This document shows, one piece after another, positions 12,469 to 24,138 of a stretch of DNA of 64,000 nucleotides. A program made the position numbers and the translations under genes. Positions within the stretch are counted from its first letter, which is position 1, and each line of letters starts with the position of its first letter. The notes under the pieces are model-generated. The model was not told where the DNA came from. It saw only the letters and a list, made by a program, of their open reading frames with translations, and did not search any database. The stretch is from Phoronis australis. Taxonomy: Eukaryota > Animalia > Phoronida. The stretch lies in NCBI GenBank assembly GCA_002633005.1, contig NMRA01000538.1, positions 1-64,000 of the forward strand, in the 5' to 3' direction.

Positions 12469-14080
12469 CTACAAACTAAAAGATTCCTAAATCCAACGTA
12501 ATTCAGCTCTCTAACGACCTAGCTTGTCTTAGAATACTCGTTCATGGGAAGTGGTGACGACAATTTTAAGAGACCAGCTCAAAAAACAACCAGTAGAACA
12601 GATTCTCTCTGTAACTCGAACGCATTAGAAACGAAATGAAGGAAAATTCATAACCCCATAAACGTCTCTTCCGGAGTAGATCACGACTAATTAATAAAAT
12701 TACGGGTAGCCGTAATTTATTGAAGCATATGTCTGGGATAATCAAAAAAACCGTATTTTTACTAAAAACGACACGAAAAAAGCCATCATTGGCGAGAACG
12801 GTGTTTTTCTGGGATAAGCTTGCACTCATTCCCACTGCTATGAAAGGTAGCACTGTGGAAGGTTGTTTATCATGGCTTCCCATTGGTTAAAGTAATGAAA
12901 CTGACGTCATACTATTCAGTCATTCTCATAGGTTGAAATCTGGGAAACCCTTTCAGTTTACTGTTACATAGTATGGCAATCGCATTTGATTAACGGGCAG
13001 TGATCGAAGTAAACAATGAAATCAAGGGAAGCTCAATCTCGTGGCCGGCCAAGCCTAAAGAAGTACAGTGCATTCAATGTATGCGCATTGATGCCCACAC
13101 ACACGGTATTCCATGCGTCGTTCATCATGTTTCCACAGGGTCATTTTTCAGTAAAGGTGGTGCAGTGTCAGAGGGTATATAGGATGAGCCCGAACGCGGC
13201 ATCGGAAATGGTTACAACCTCACCGGTCACAGTCCAACTGAACGCCTTATTCATTGGCGGAGCTAAACCGCATTCGATAAATGGCAGACTATTTTACCGA
13301 CACATGCTTTGATTTGATCGGATGGCTATTGGTAGACAACGACGCAAATAGACAGTTCTTAATAAAATCACAAAAAACCAACAGATTTTGTAGCTCTGCT
13401 CAAGGCTACTAACTGCAGAACTTAAGTCTATCCCATCCAACTATAACCTCAAAACGCATTTTTCGACCGTTAAACGGATTGTGTGGGCTTTTTGAGCAAT
13501 TTTTATTATATCGATGTGATGCTTTTTTGCATACTTTTGAACTATTGGAACAGTTGCTCTGAGCAAAAAACTGCAATTTAGGCTTACAAACTGAAGCTCC
13601 ATTTGGGTAGGGATTTTGTTTGCCTCTCGCACTTTCAATAAATTTGGGATTACAAAACATGAAAGACGTACTTCAAGCTTTTTTCATTTTCAGCGGGCTA
13701 ACCCAAATTGTTTCGAAAATGCAACGGTTGCTTTCTTCGGTTTGCCGTAGGGCTTCAACGGTGAGAAGGCTGGGTCCGAGGCCGGGCTGCATGTAAATAT
13801 AAATGAGACCGATTTCGTCACAAAACCATCGGCACACCAGTAAAATAGTAGATTACCTGTGATGTGGGCATTGGTTGCCGTGACTTGAATGAATGGGCCC
13901 ATTCGGCAAAAACTGAATGAGCGTGGTAATGTTTTTAAACCCCGTATCGGTTAAAAATTCACCAAGTGATTGACAGCACACATGTTCGACCGGCGACTTA
14001 TGAGAAGACGCAGCAGGGAATAACATTAAATAGTATAGTATAGCATAGTCAATAGGATTAGTATTTACGGTCTCTGTTAA

Positions 14081-15235
14081 AGGACAACGCCACCCGATTT
14101 AATTAGTCTTTTTACCGTCTTAATCGGCCAATATCTACGTCGCCTCTTGTACTGTCGACTTCACCTTGCCGAGCTGTTGCGTTAACCTATGAGGAAGGTG
14201 AGAAACGACGCAGCGACGTCAGTGGTTCGTCTGCAGAATGAATGCCGCTATATTGCGGTGCATCGTTCCCGCTTGTCCGAACTATGAAGCTTCGAAGAAA
14301 GAGGGTATATCGTTTTTTCGACTTCCTCGAGAGCCCGAAATTCTTAAGGAAGTGGCTCGCGGTAGTGAAGAATGAAAGGTACGCTGTTAATAGCAAGTAT
14401 GAGGACGTGAAACATCTCCGTGTCTGTGGCCGGCATTTCGTCGACAATGATTTTTCTGACGAATTCCGGCTTACCAAAGAACTATCTATACGTTCCGTTG
14501 CATGTGCATGTTCTCGTCACCTCTCTATTATTTCTTGATCAGTGTATTCCGGTTCGAACTGATAGCCTGTGAAACCTAACGATCCGACCCGTGAAGTCTT
14601 CGTCGGATGAGTTCTTGACTAAGTCTTGATTGTTGGCGCCGAGCGAGTTGTCATGTAGAGGTTCATTATTCTGCGTTTTGTTTCAAAATGAATTATTCTC
14701 ATCCTAACCAACGCTTATATGAAACTGAAACAAAGCCTGTCTCATTAAACACAATGTGTAATGCCTTTGCAGTATTCGTGAGAAGACTGCAATGATTAAA
14801 CCACTGCGTTACCTGCTTTAGATGCCGGCAGGAAACAAAGGTACTAAAACTGACCGGGCACCGAGGCCGTGTGAGCACATGCTAATTCAGTGTTTGCTGC
14901 CAGAAAGCTGTTGTGAAACAATTATTCGATTTTATATGCTATGGTCAATGTTAGGGGATTCTTTATTTAGAAATACATATACATTATTCAAATCATTGTT
15001 ACTGTACAACCTTTGCCCTGACGGTCTGTGGAAGGGGAACCCGACTTCGCGGCCCCCGACAAGTAAGTAGATTTTCGTGGCTAATTCACATGAATAATTA
15101 CGTGCACATTATTTCTTTGGCTCACTATTATAGACTTTTCGTGTCTGGAGGTTTAGTTTCCGACTCAAGCTGGTTTATGTTCGTGCCAGTCCCGGCGGCC
15201 GCGACGGGCCTGATCGGGTTCCGAGCAACTGGCCG
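14081..15235 (+). mobile_element. Kolobok family B derivative, copy 1 (right end deleted)
   Basis: TTAA|AGGACAACGCCACCCG left end; THAP-like RFFDFLESPKFLRKWL..LRVCGRHFVDNDF; colinear with 37642-38940. Confidence 0.8.
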
Positions 15236-16550
15236 TGCTCTACTCCGGAAGTGACGTTTTGGGAGGCAAGAATTTCGCGCCAATTTCTCTTCATATAGTC
15301 TGACTGTGAGAGCTGTCGAGTCAGTCATTGTTCTACCTCGGTTGTGATAAGTTCGGTCGTCGTTTGCTTTTGTTCACTAAGTCAGACAACATGCCACACT
15401 GTTGCTGTGTACCGGGAAGTACTCATTATCGTCTCACGCGCGCTTTGGGAATACCAGGCTTTGCATCGCTTTCCAAAGGATGACACACTTCGCCGAACTT
15501 GGCTCGCTCGTTTGAAGAACACAGCGTTACCCGTCAACGCAACGTTTAAAGCAGTGGGGGGTTACCGAGTGTGTGGCAAGCATTTTCTGTCGTCAGATTA
15601 GGAGAGGGATATGTACGCTGAATTAATAAAGGTCTCTGCGAAACAAAGCCTGAAGAAGGGTGCGATACTGTACAGTGACTGGAGGCACTTCATCTACTGT
15701 CACACGTGCCTCCGAAGGTACATAGCGTGCAATTCTGGGAACTAGCAGTGATTCGCCCTGTGCTGTTGTTTCTAACACAGAGCCTGTAAGCAGCCCTGCA
15801 GCGATGTTGAGTTGTGGGAGTGAATACAGGCCCAGTTCGACACCCAGTGAAGAGGACAGTTCGTCGTCCACCGAACAGATCGGTGAGCCAAACTTTGATA
15901 AGTTTATTGTGGGCTTGTCTAAAGTATTGGAGCTATTTAGAAAGTGCCAGGTGTGTGGCGAGGGAGTCACATTGCGGGATGTAAGCATTTTGGGTGCTCA
16001 GGTCACCATCCAGTGGACGTGTGTCGCGGGACACTGCGGCAAGTGGGACAGTTGTGCCTGTGCATACTCTGCCTCATTATACTCGGGCTCAAACATACAA
16101 AGTATACCCACCCACTGACTGTCCGTGAAAAAATTCCTCTTCACCACTGCTATATGAACAATGTCTCCGTTACTCACGTCATTACTGTCAATGTGATAAG
16201 GGTCGCCGACTCCAGTCAATTTCAGATTAAAACAAACTAAAGGATCCCTAAATCCAACGTAACTGGGTTCTCTAACAACCTAGTTCGCCGTAGATAACTC
16301 GTCGATGGGAAGTGGTGACGACAACTTTAGAAAAACAGTCTGAAAACAAAAGTAGTACAAATCTTCACACTAAACTCAACGCAGAGCCAAATTGGCGCGA
16401 AATTCTTGCCTCCCAATACGTCACTTCCGGAGTAGAGGACGAGTAATTAATTAAATTACGAAAAATTACAATTAAGTGTAAATTATGTCTGGGATAACCA
16501 ACAAACCTTATTTTTGCTAAAAATGACATGAAAAAAGGTTGCCTTCGCCT
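15236..16550 (+). mobile_element. Kolobok family A derivative, copy 2 (outer left TIR lost)
   Basis: THAP HRFPKDDTLRRTWLARLK..RVCGKHFLSSD; KFIVGLSKVLELFRKCQVCGEG..WTCVAGHCGKWDSC; minus-strand MFEPEYNEAE; right end ..GCCTTCGCCT|TTAA is the inverted match of 8091-8160; inner TIR 15238-15287 pairs with 16388-16437. Confidence 0.85.
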
Positions 16551-17830
16551 TTAAAATAAATTTTTCTCTCACGCACGCTTGGCCTTCTCACGGTTTCAAA
16601 TTTGACTCTGATAGTGAGAAATCTTGGCTGGTATCGGAAGATTCTTAACATGTGGTCAAGCATTTTGGATTTATTTAGTCTTCATGCACCTAGTCAGATA
16701 TTATATCCTGACACGAGCAGTGTAAAATGGCCAGTTGCCAAGTTGGGCAACTGAACGAGGGACTGTTCGAACAATAGTGATTGTTTTCGCTTCTACCCAG
16801 CTCCCACACATTACATCTCTAGTCTGCACTGGCTCCGTTCAGTAATTTCTCTCCCTTTAATTGACCTGTCGCCAGGATTTTGAGTGACGGCTTAACTGAC
16901 CAAACGGAACGCAGCATTCTTGACACACCTTCGTTTCCAAGCCGCCATTTTACGTACCTTACAAACAACATGTTGTCAGGTAAAACTTATTGTTTGTTTG
17001 TCGACTTGAGGCAAGTGGGCGGAGCTCGCGATAGGCCAATTGCGGCATAAACTGAAAAAGCAAGATTTCATTTGCCGCGCGCTACTCACATTAAATTTAG
17101 ACCGTGTGAAAAAAATAAACGGGGTCATTTTTTCACGGGGTCATTATTTAATGATACACTGGCTCGGTTGGGTATATTTCCACTGAGTTTCGAGTGGGAA
17201 ATTCTGTATTTTGGGTATAGGTCGGGTGCGAAATTCAGTCTTACAGGCTTGATATTTTGGTTACTATGCACTTTACTTTTTGCTTAGTTTTCAGTCACAA
17301 AATAAAGAGCTAGTAAGCAAGCAGTGCAAATGTACATAATTTCCAATGTCAACTTCGACATAAGTACAGATTTTGCAGGGATATCTGATTTTGGAATACA
17401 TATTAAGAACTGAGTTGTTAAAAGCCGTATATATTTCAATAAACAATAGGGCCTACATTATTCACTTAGATGTACTGATTTGGATAGCTGGCGGGTAACT
17501 GAAGTTCGGGTATGCCGAGATGTTGTTTTTCAGTACAAGTAAAAAAACATATGATTGCCATTAATACCAAACATTTACTTAAGTACACTATAACAAAAAG
17601 CATCATCATTGGATAACAGCATATGCTGGTCAATAATTGTTTTTTTAATTGATCTTATATGGTCTCAATCACCCGAAAACGAGGTGGAATGAGCGCATGG
17701 TTGCTCCGCTTTGGTGGCAGAACATAAAAAATTAGCGGCAGCACAGCAGCAACACTTATAAACTCCATGACCGAACTAAAAAACCCATGACTCAATAACG
17801 GGACCAAGAAGCTCAGCTCTTTAGCTGCAG

Positions 17831-17911
17831 CATGGGCGGCGCACCATAGGGGGCTGGGGAGGGGCTCCGGCCGGCCCCCACTTTTTTCCGTTCAGTGCTG
17901 CACCGCCCATG
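17831..17911. mobile_element. CATG-ended MITE, 81-bp monomer, 5-bp TSD TGCAG
   Basis: CATGGGCGGCGCA..TGCACCGCCCATG with TGCAG at 17826-17830 and 17912-17916; same family as 8988 and 38559. Confidence 0.85.
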
Positions 17912-18410
17912 TGCAGCCATAGCACTGCGATACCCCGCATTTCCTGACTAATGCCGTAGGCTTAGGGCGTCCAGTGTTTTTCCGCAATTTTTGTCCTGTG
18001 TAACACTCCCCAGTAGGCCTATGGCGTCGTATTGACAATGCGACTGCCAGAGCTTAGTAGGCACCCGTCGGAGTGGTGCTCACCCGATGTGATCATAGAT
18101 AGTCTATGATGTGATGACTATGAACACAAAAAGAATCTGGCGCACATTCCGTAGACTCACAAGATAACCTTACGAAAACACAAGGTCACCTCGCGATACA
18201 AAGGAAGCGCGTGATCACACGAACGTCGTTTGTGACTCGAGAGCCAACATTGTTCGGCGGTGCTGTGACAAAGACGTAAACTACGGTTTCTGCTGTGAAC
18301 TAGCAATGTTTTTATTTCCCAACAGAGTGCAGCACCACCAAACTCAGTAACTGGTTATCGTGCACATTTCAAAGCTACTTGAACTCAAATAACCAGCAGT
18401 AAACACAACA

Positions 18411-18442
18411 ATGGCGGACGAGGATCATGATGTTGGTGATCA
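18411..18442 (+). CDS. POLR2F: RNA polymerase I/II/III subunit RPABC2 (RPB6), coding exon 1
   Basis: ACAATGG start context, MADEDHDVGD(Q), donor gtaagt at 18443, phase 2 compatible with exon 2. Confidence 0.8.
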
Positions 18443-19712
18443 GTAAGTAATGCTTACCTGTTCGTTCTCTTACTGCATGTTTTCATTATCGATGAAGGTC
18501 AATTTTCCTTAACTGAATATTTTTTTCGATGAATTTGATACGCGAGATTCTTTTTACTTCTAATTACATTCACCAACATCGGAATTATCAGTTAACCTGC
18601 TCGCTTCGTCCACAGCCACAGGCGTCCTCAGCTTCTGATCGTCCCCAGTACATTACATATAATACTACAAGGTATGACACTCCCGACTAGAAATTCCACG
18701 GGTGCTTCACTTCAGCCCTCTGTAGCTAACATAAAACTCAACAAAGTTACACAAAACAAGGTTTCAACAAACCATTGGCAATTGTTTGTTCTTTCTTCCA
18801 ATCGGCTACACATAGTGTACCTAATTATCGGACGGAACCTAAATATCGGACATTTCATAGAATCTTACTTGAAGCATAACCTGAGAATTAAATGACACCA
18901 ATTTTTGTTCCGTTGTAATGCATTCAACGTCCGGCACCGTCTCGTTTTTTACAGCGTTGCCTCGTTTTGATTTCACCGAGAGAGGGTGCAATTTAGACCC
19001 CCAAGTCGGCCTAAAATGGACGATCACATAAATCGGTTATAAAAGTTGAAAATAAAATCTTTTTCCACAATGAAACCATCTCATTGAACTGACAATGTGT
19101 CACTGTTCCATTTTTTCATTTGTTTTTAAACTCAAGTCAAACCCCGACTGTGCACGTGCGGGTGTCATATCAAGAAGCCAAAGTGATACTAAAAACTGCA
19201 GTGAGTTTGCACGTGCTTTAGTCGTCTGCACTAATTCATCGAAACGACTTGGCGCCGTCATCAGATTTCATTTTATGGATAATTTTGTTGCGAATGGACC
19301 TGTGTTCTAGCAGCATATATGTCAAAACACTCGAGCTGAAATTTGGCTAGTACAAGGTGCCCGTGGCCATTACGTGGTTAGTCAATTTTCCGTGGTGTGG
19401 CGTCTGGGGAAACATGGTGTCCGATATTTAGGCTCTCCGAAGGTTTGCTTGTTGTGTTTTTCAAAGTTCAGTCGGAACATAAATGTGGCTTTCGGTGACA
19501 AGATATAGTAACACAACAATTCTATAAAGGTAAGTCTTTATTTCAGCAAAGAATTTACAACAATCCGTAGTATTTTCAATTAAATATAAATGCAAAATGT
19601 GCCAAAACGTCCAATAATTAGGCCACTTGACTGTAAATCACAATCAAGGTCCATGTTCGAGAGTTGTATGTCTGGCACCGTGTTTGGTCATCGGTGAGCT
19701 GCGTTTGGTGAT

Positions 19713-20501
19713 CAGGGTAATTATTTACAATATGACGACATTGACTTACACATATGATTTTGGTATCGTTCAATTCCTTGCAAAGTTATCTTTCCAAAAA
19801 TACACAGGAAATTTTCCTACCCCGTTCCCTAAGTATTTTATCGTGAAATTTCTTCTCGCACTATATCCCGGTACTTCGTAGTAATACCGCAATGATGAAT
19901 GGAAGGAGTCCCCTGGCGGTCAAAAACTGAACTAATCTTCCGCGACTTCTGCAGATGTCACTTTTCAGAACTTCCAACTGACCAAGACCCGCCTACGATC
20001 CCCTGCCCCTGGTACGGTCCCAAGGGTTCGAATTTGATCCCATGGCGACCCTGGTTTGCATCTGCAGACAAGAATCCGCGAAAAAAGCAGAGGTTGTTTT
20101 TGAGGTCCAAATTCGTGAAAAGGGTATCACTTTAGACAATTTCGTGGAAAATGGTCAAATGGTCACAATTATACAAAATTTAGAAAAGGTGAAATGCTGC
20201 TACTTGTCCTCCATATTATGTCAGGAAAACTTTTGTGGGAATCTCGGCGCGCGCAAACACCATTCAGAATTGATGATGCTGTTTCATTCATAAACAACAG
20301 GTGACGCTGTAATCTTGAGTTGAACTAACATGGCGGTGTCAACCGGTAAATAGTGCGAACTGAAATTCAAGGATAAAATACGGAGCACACGCGGTAGGGG
20401 AAAAATTCATACATTTTTGGAAAGATAACGTTGCGAGGAATCGAACGATACCAAAATCATGTATGTTAGTCATTGTCGTCATATTGTAAACAATTACCGT
20501 G
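19713..20501. mobile_element. MITE with about 105-bp TIRs (CA..GTG ends, apparent 2-bp AT TSD; EnSpm/CMC-like)
   Basis: CAGGGTAATTATTTACAATATGACGACA.. at left is the inverted match of ..TGTCGTCATATTGTAAACAATTACCGTG at right; in POLR2F intron 1. Confidence 0.7.
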
Positions 20502-20749
20502 ATCAGTGAGCCATGTTTGTGACTTTTTTAATTAGTTTATGGGATCCTTGAGCAGACCTAATGAATGAAGGGCAGCCTGAAGATTGCTGTCAAACAGTGA
20601 TAACTTGGAAGAATCTGTGTGTGTTTAGTTGTTCAGCATGGGCTCCTGGGCCTGTAGCCTTGATTTTTGTACTGGAAATTGAATTTTAGTTATTTTTAAA
20701 ATTTTTTGACTTGCTTTAATGTACACTCGGTGCAAGTGTCTATAATTCT

Positions 20750-20947
20750 GAAAACCGGACGATCGCCGCACAAATAAAAAGTTCATGTTCAGTTCAACGT
20801 TTCGTCTTTTCATTAGACATCATCAGGATCCTATTTACAACAATTTAGGAAAACAAGTGCCAACATGCAGCTCAGGTAACATATATGTTATTTGTGCGGC
20901 GATCGTCCGGCTTTTAATCTTATTGTGGCCAAAAACTGATTTAATTA
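20750..20947. mobile_element. Penelope-like element end in inverted arrangement with hammerhead-like core
   Basis: 12-bp direct repeat GTCTATAATTCT at 20738-20749 and 20948-20959; internal inverted pair CCGGACGATCGCCGCACAAATA; minus-strand CTGATGA-T-GTCT..AGAC-GAAACGTTG at 20826-20795; homologous to 51880-51997. Confidence 0.6.
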
Positions 20948-21256
20948 GTCTATAATTCTATGCTTGAGTTTGTTAATATGGATTACTTGGATGACTGTTT
21001 AATCCTAGTTTGCACTTGATGACTCGAATTTATTGTTCATATCTCAGGGTCATTAAATGCTAACTTGGCAAAAAAATTAATTTACATAAACCAGGATAAG
21101 CTCAAGTATAAATTAAAATACACTTATCTTGATTTTGTAGGCGTAAGATGTTAAAAATTATTTCAATTTCCAGTACAAAGATTGTAGCCCAGGGCAAGCT
21201 CAGATACGTACCCAGTGGCTGAATTCTTTGTGATAGTATTCTTTGTTGTATTATAG

Positions 21257-21323
21257 ATTTGATGACGACTTAGACGATATTGAGGAAGATGAAGCATTGG
21301 ACGTAGTAGAACAACCTGTTGAG
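21257..21323 (+). CDS. POLR2F: RPABC2 coding exon 2
   Basis: tag acceptor; acidic N-terminal region FDDDLDDIEEDEALDVVEQPVE; gt donor at 21324, phase 0. Confidence 0.85.
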
Positions 21324-23935
21324 GTTCGCATTTTCTTCCCTTGCTGTTGTTCTAGCATACTCATTGTTCAGTTCTACCTCACCATTGAAGGTATTAGGAA
21401 TGCCCAACATCATGGGAATTTCCTGGGTTCCTCTTATTGTTAGGTGTTGATTATACAGAAAAAAAATAGTAAAACTAGTAAAACATGAAATAACTCATTT
21501 GAATTTGTATTTGCAAACTCTTTTCTTAAAATCCCTATATTATAGTTAATTAACTTACAGTTGTTGAAATTCAGCTTGTTATATGGTGGACTGTAGGCCT
21601 GAGGAGGCTTATAAAACCATTGTGACCCCTTTTGGGGGACCATCTTTGTTTTTCTGTTTTTTATATCACAAACCAACGGTGTAAATAGACGTGTATAACC
21701 GAACTAATATTGTTGCCATTTAATTTGATTGAAATCTATGGTTGAACTAAGAATATACAGTGGTTACCCCTAATACAAGTGTGAACCGAAAAGAAAGGTA
21801 ACAAAAAATATTTTTGAATAATGCAGGAAAAATGCTATCGTTTTGGCTTAGTGTCGGGTACTAGCGCCGATCCTGTAATAAGCTCCAGTCTAGGTAATAG
21901 CCAGCTAAAAACACCACTGTTAAATACTGGTGAATACTAATATGCGCCAGGAGAGGTAATTCATGACTAATGGTATCAACAGTAAGCACATGCCCATTTC
22001 ACCATACAGTTGGCCATTGTGTGGTGGCATGTTCATGTGAAGGTGAGAAAGTCGCAGACAATGTGTTTTTGTCATTCAAGATGTGCTGCATTTCTTTTAA
22101 TGGTAAGTATTGGTATAGTGAAGTAGTGTGTGTACAGATGTCGCTAGTTATTGATTAAAATATGGCTTCTCAAGCTCGGTGGTATAACTTGTCCTGTTTA
22201 TTTACTTGTTTGTGAGGCCTCGCTCAACAGTAAGTGAGTGCTGGGTCCGCACAACTGGCCTTGTTGAATTAGCACCGGATTTTAAATAAGCGCAGTTTTG
22301 CAATGAGCATCGGGTCAAATTGAAAAATAAGCACCCAGTGCTATTACATGATACCATGGTATTTCTTTTCAAAACTGCTGTTAAAATAAATTTTGTGCTA
22401 TTTTAATGACAATATTGTCAATTTGCTTAATTGTATTTCACGAAAGTTGTGGTAACAACAATTAACTTGATGCATTGCCAAGCTTTAGAACTCTGAAAAC
22501 ATGGATGCTCAAAAGGTATTTAAGTGTTCCCAGGTGAAACATATTTCATTAGTGGACAAAAATTGAAAGACTTTGAAAATGATTAAAGTATGATTGATCA
22601 TAGTAATGGTACATGTTTTTCTTACCTTAAAAGGATCAAAAGTGTTGGAAGCAGGAGTGTGATGTATATGTCATCATGTTTAACCCTATTAAGGTCAAAA
22701 AAAAAATCACTGTTGTGAGAACAGCTGCAAATAAATTTTAAAGATATTCCCTGATGCTTGCATTGTTTGTAATATATATCAACAGAACTGGAAAGGTGAA
22801 AGTTCCTCAACTACAAGTTTCCCGTTTTTTATCTTTTAGTATGTTTAGGGAATGTGACCCTTTGAGTACAGACGAAAATGCCAACATTTAGCAATCTCTT
22901 AATTTCTGTCATTGTGATCTCCTGACTGTTGTAACACGTCTTGTGGCAGTGAACTTGGAGACCAGACTAGACTATGTAATTATTAACTCCATAAGAACTG
23001 ATACACATTCTCTTTAACTTCTAAAGAATGCCACTCTTCACATTATTGTGCACGTACCATTTTCAAGAAATAACTCATCTGATCAAATGAATTTAGGCTT
23101 TAAAATGCAGGCTGCATTCACCCACGACAACACATATGGGGGGGCAGCCATATTGAAATAGTTTTGCACATTCTCAATTCCGGAGCCTTTGAGTTGCTTA
23201 AGGGGCAGCATCTAGCGCCACCTGCTGCTCAATATTTTTGTATTAGGAGGGCACAGAATATATTTTTTGCAAAAATGTGCAACTTAAAACATGGGGATTT
23301 TTCAGATATCTTATCCAGATGGTGTATCTAGTCACTAAGGATATTGAAGTTGTCTCCCCCCCTCAGGGTCACGGTTTGAAAAGACTAAGAGTTGTAACCC
23401 ACAGCCTATGTCCGGAGAAGGAGGACTATTTTTGGCACAGTTATGTCCAACGAGGACATCAATTAAATACAATTCACCTTGTATACTTCATAAGGACATA
23501 GTCACATGACAAGTTTGAGTGATACTCTGTACAGTAATCCACAGCAATGATATATTGTAAAGTTCTAAAACCTACAAGGTACGTGTCAAGTTTAAACTCT
23601 TGTAATAGTTCATGGGGAAGTACATGGTTAGGAACATGGTGAATCAGAAAAGTTATCTTTTAACATTTGTTTCATAATTATAATAGACAACTTGATACTC
23701 GCTATGTCATGCTAATGGAGAAAAATTCCTCTTTTTACCACCAATAGATTGAATGCAGAAAGTAGGTAATCAGTGAGCCTACGGGCGTTTGTGGGACACA
23801 TTGTGGTTACCTGATTGTATGCATCTCTATTGGTAAGACCCTTGTGACACTAGCTCTGCCTTGTGAATTTCAAGTTCATGCTTATAACCTTTGGTACGTA
23901 TCATTTCCAACAACCTATTTGTTATTCCATAACAG

Positions 23936-24138
23936 GAGGATCAGAGCATAGATGTCCTACCCTCGTCTGAAGCGCTTCGCGTCGCGCCTGAGAAGCGAAT
24001 CACGACACGGTACATGACCAAATACGAACGTGCACGGGTTCTGGGTACCCGTGCTCTACAGATAGCCATGTGTGCCCCTGTGATGGTGGAGCTGGAGGGA
24101 GAAACAGATCCATTGGAAATCGCCATGAAAGAATTAAA
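23936..24138 (+). CDS. POLR2F: RPABC2 coding exon 3
   Basis: [58 protein letters not shown](K) is the RPB6 signature; ends at GC donor gcaagt (24139). Confidence 0.97.

Larger units (their letters stand above)
8091..12782 (+). mobile_element. Kolobok family A internal-deletion derivative, copy 1 (THAP plus convergent KolX remnant), with nested insertions
   Basis: TTAA|AGGAGAAAGCAACC left end; THAP remnant MPHGCCVPRCSHY..HRFPKDDTFRRTWL..RLCDKHF from 8351; KFIVDLNKVLQLSRRCQV; minus-strand EDRLGRTSSCKCKVSTVMPTSVECV at 9190-9280; right TIR 12670-12782 lacks its tip. Confidence 0.8.

Noticed and set aside
8091-16550. KolobokP-style long terminal direct repeats
   Set aside because: The repeated units contain THAP/KolX coding remnants with different breakpoints, and no DDE or His-Me nuclease ORF lies between them.
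18806-19635. Possible Tc1/pogo-type MITE in POLR2F intron 1
   Set aside because: Inverted motifs (CCTAAATATCGGACA, CCTAATTATTGGACG) exist but the left terminus and TSD could not be defined.
23941-24126. Minus-strand 61-aa ORF
   Set aside because: Antisense shadow of POLR2F exon 3.
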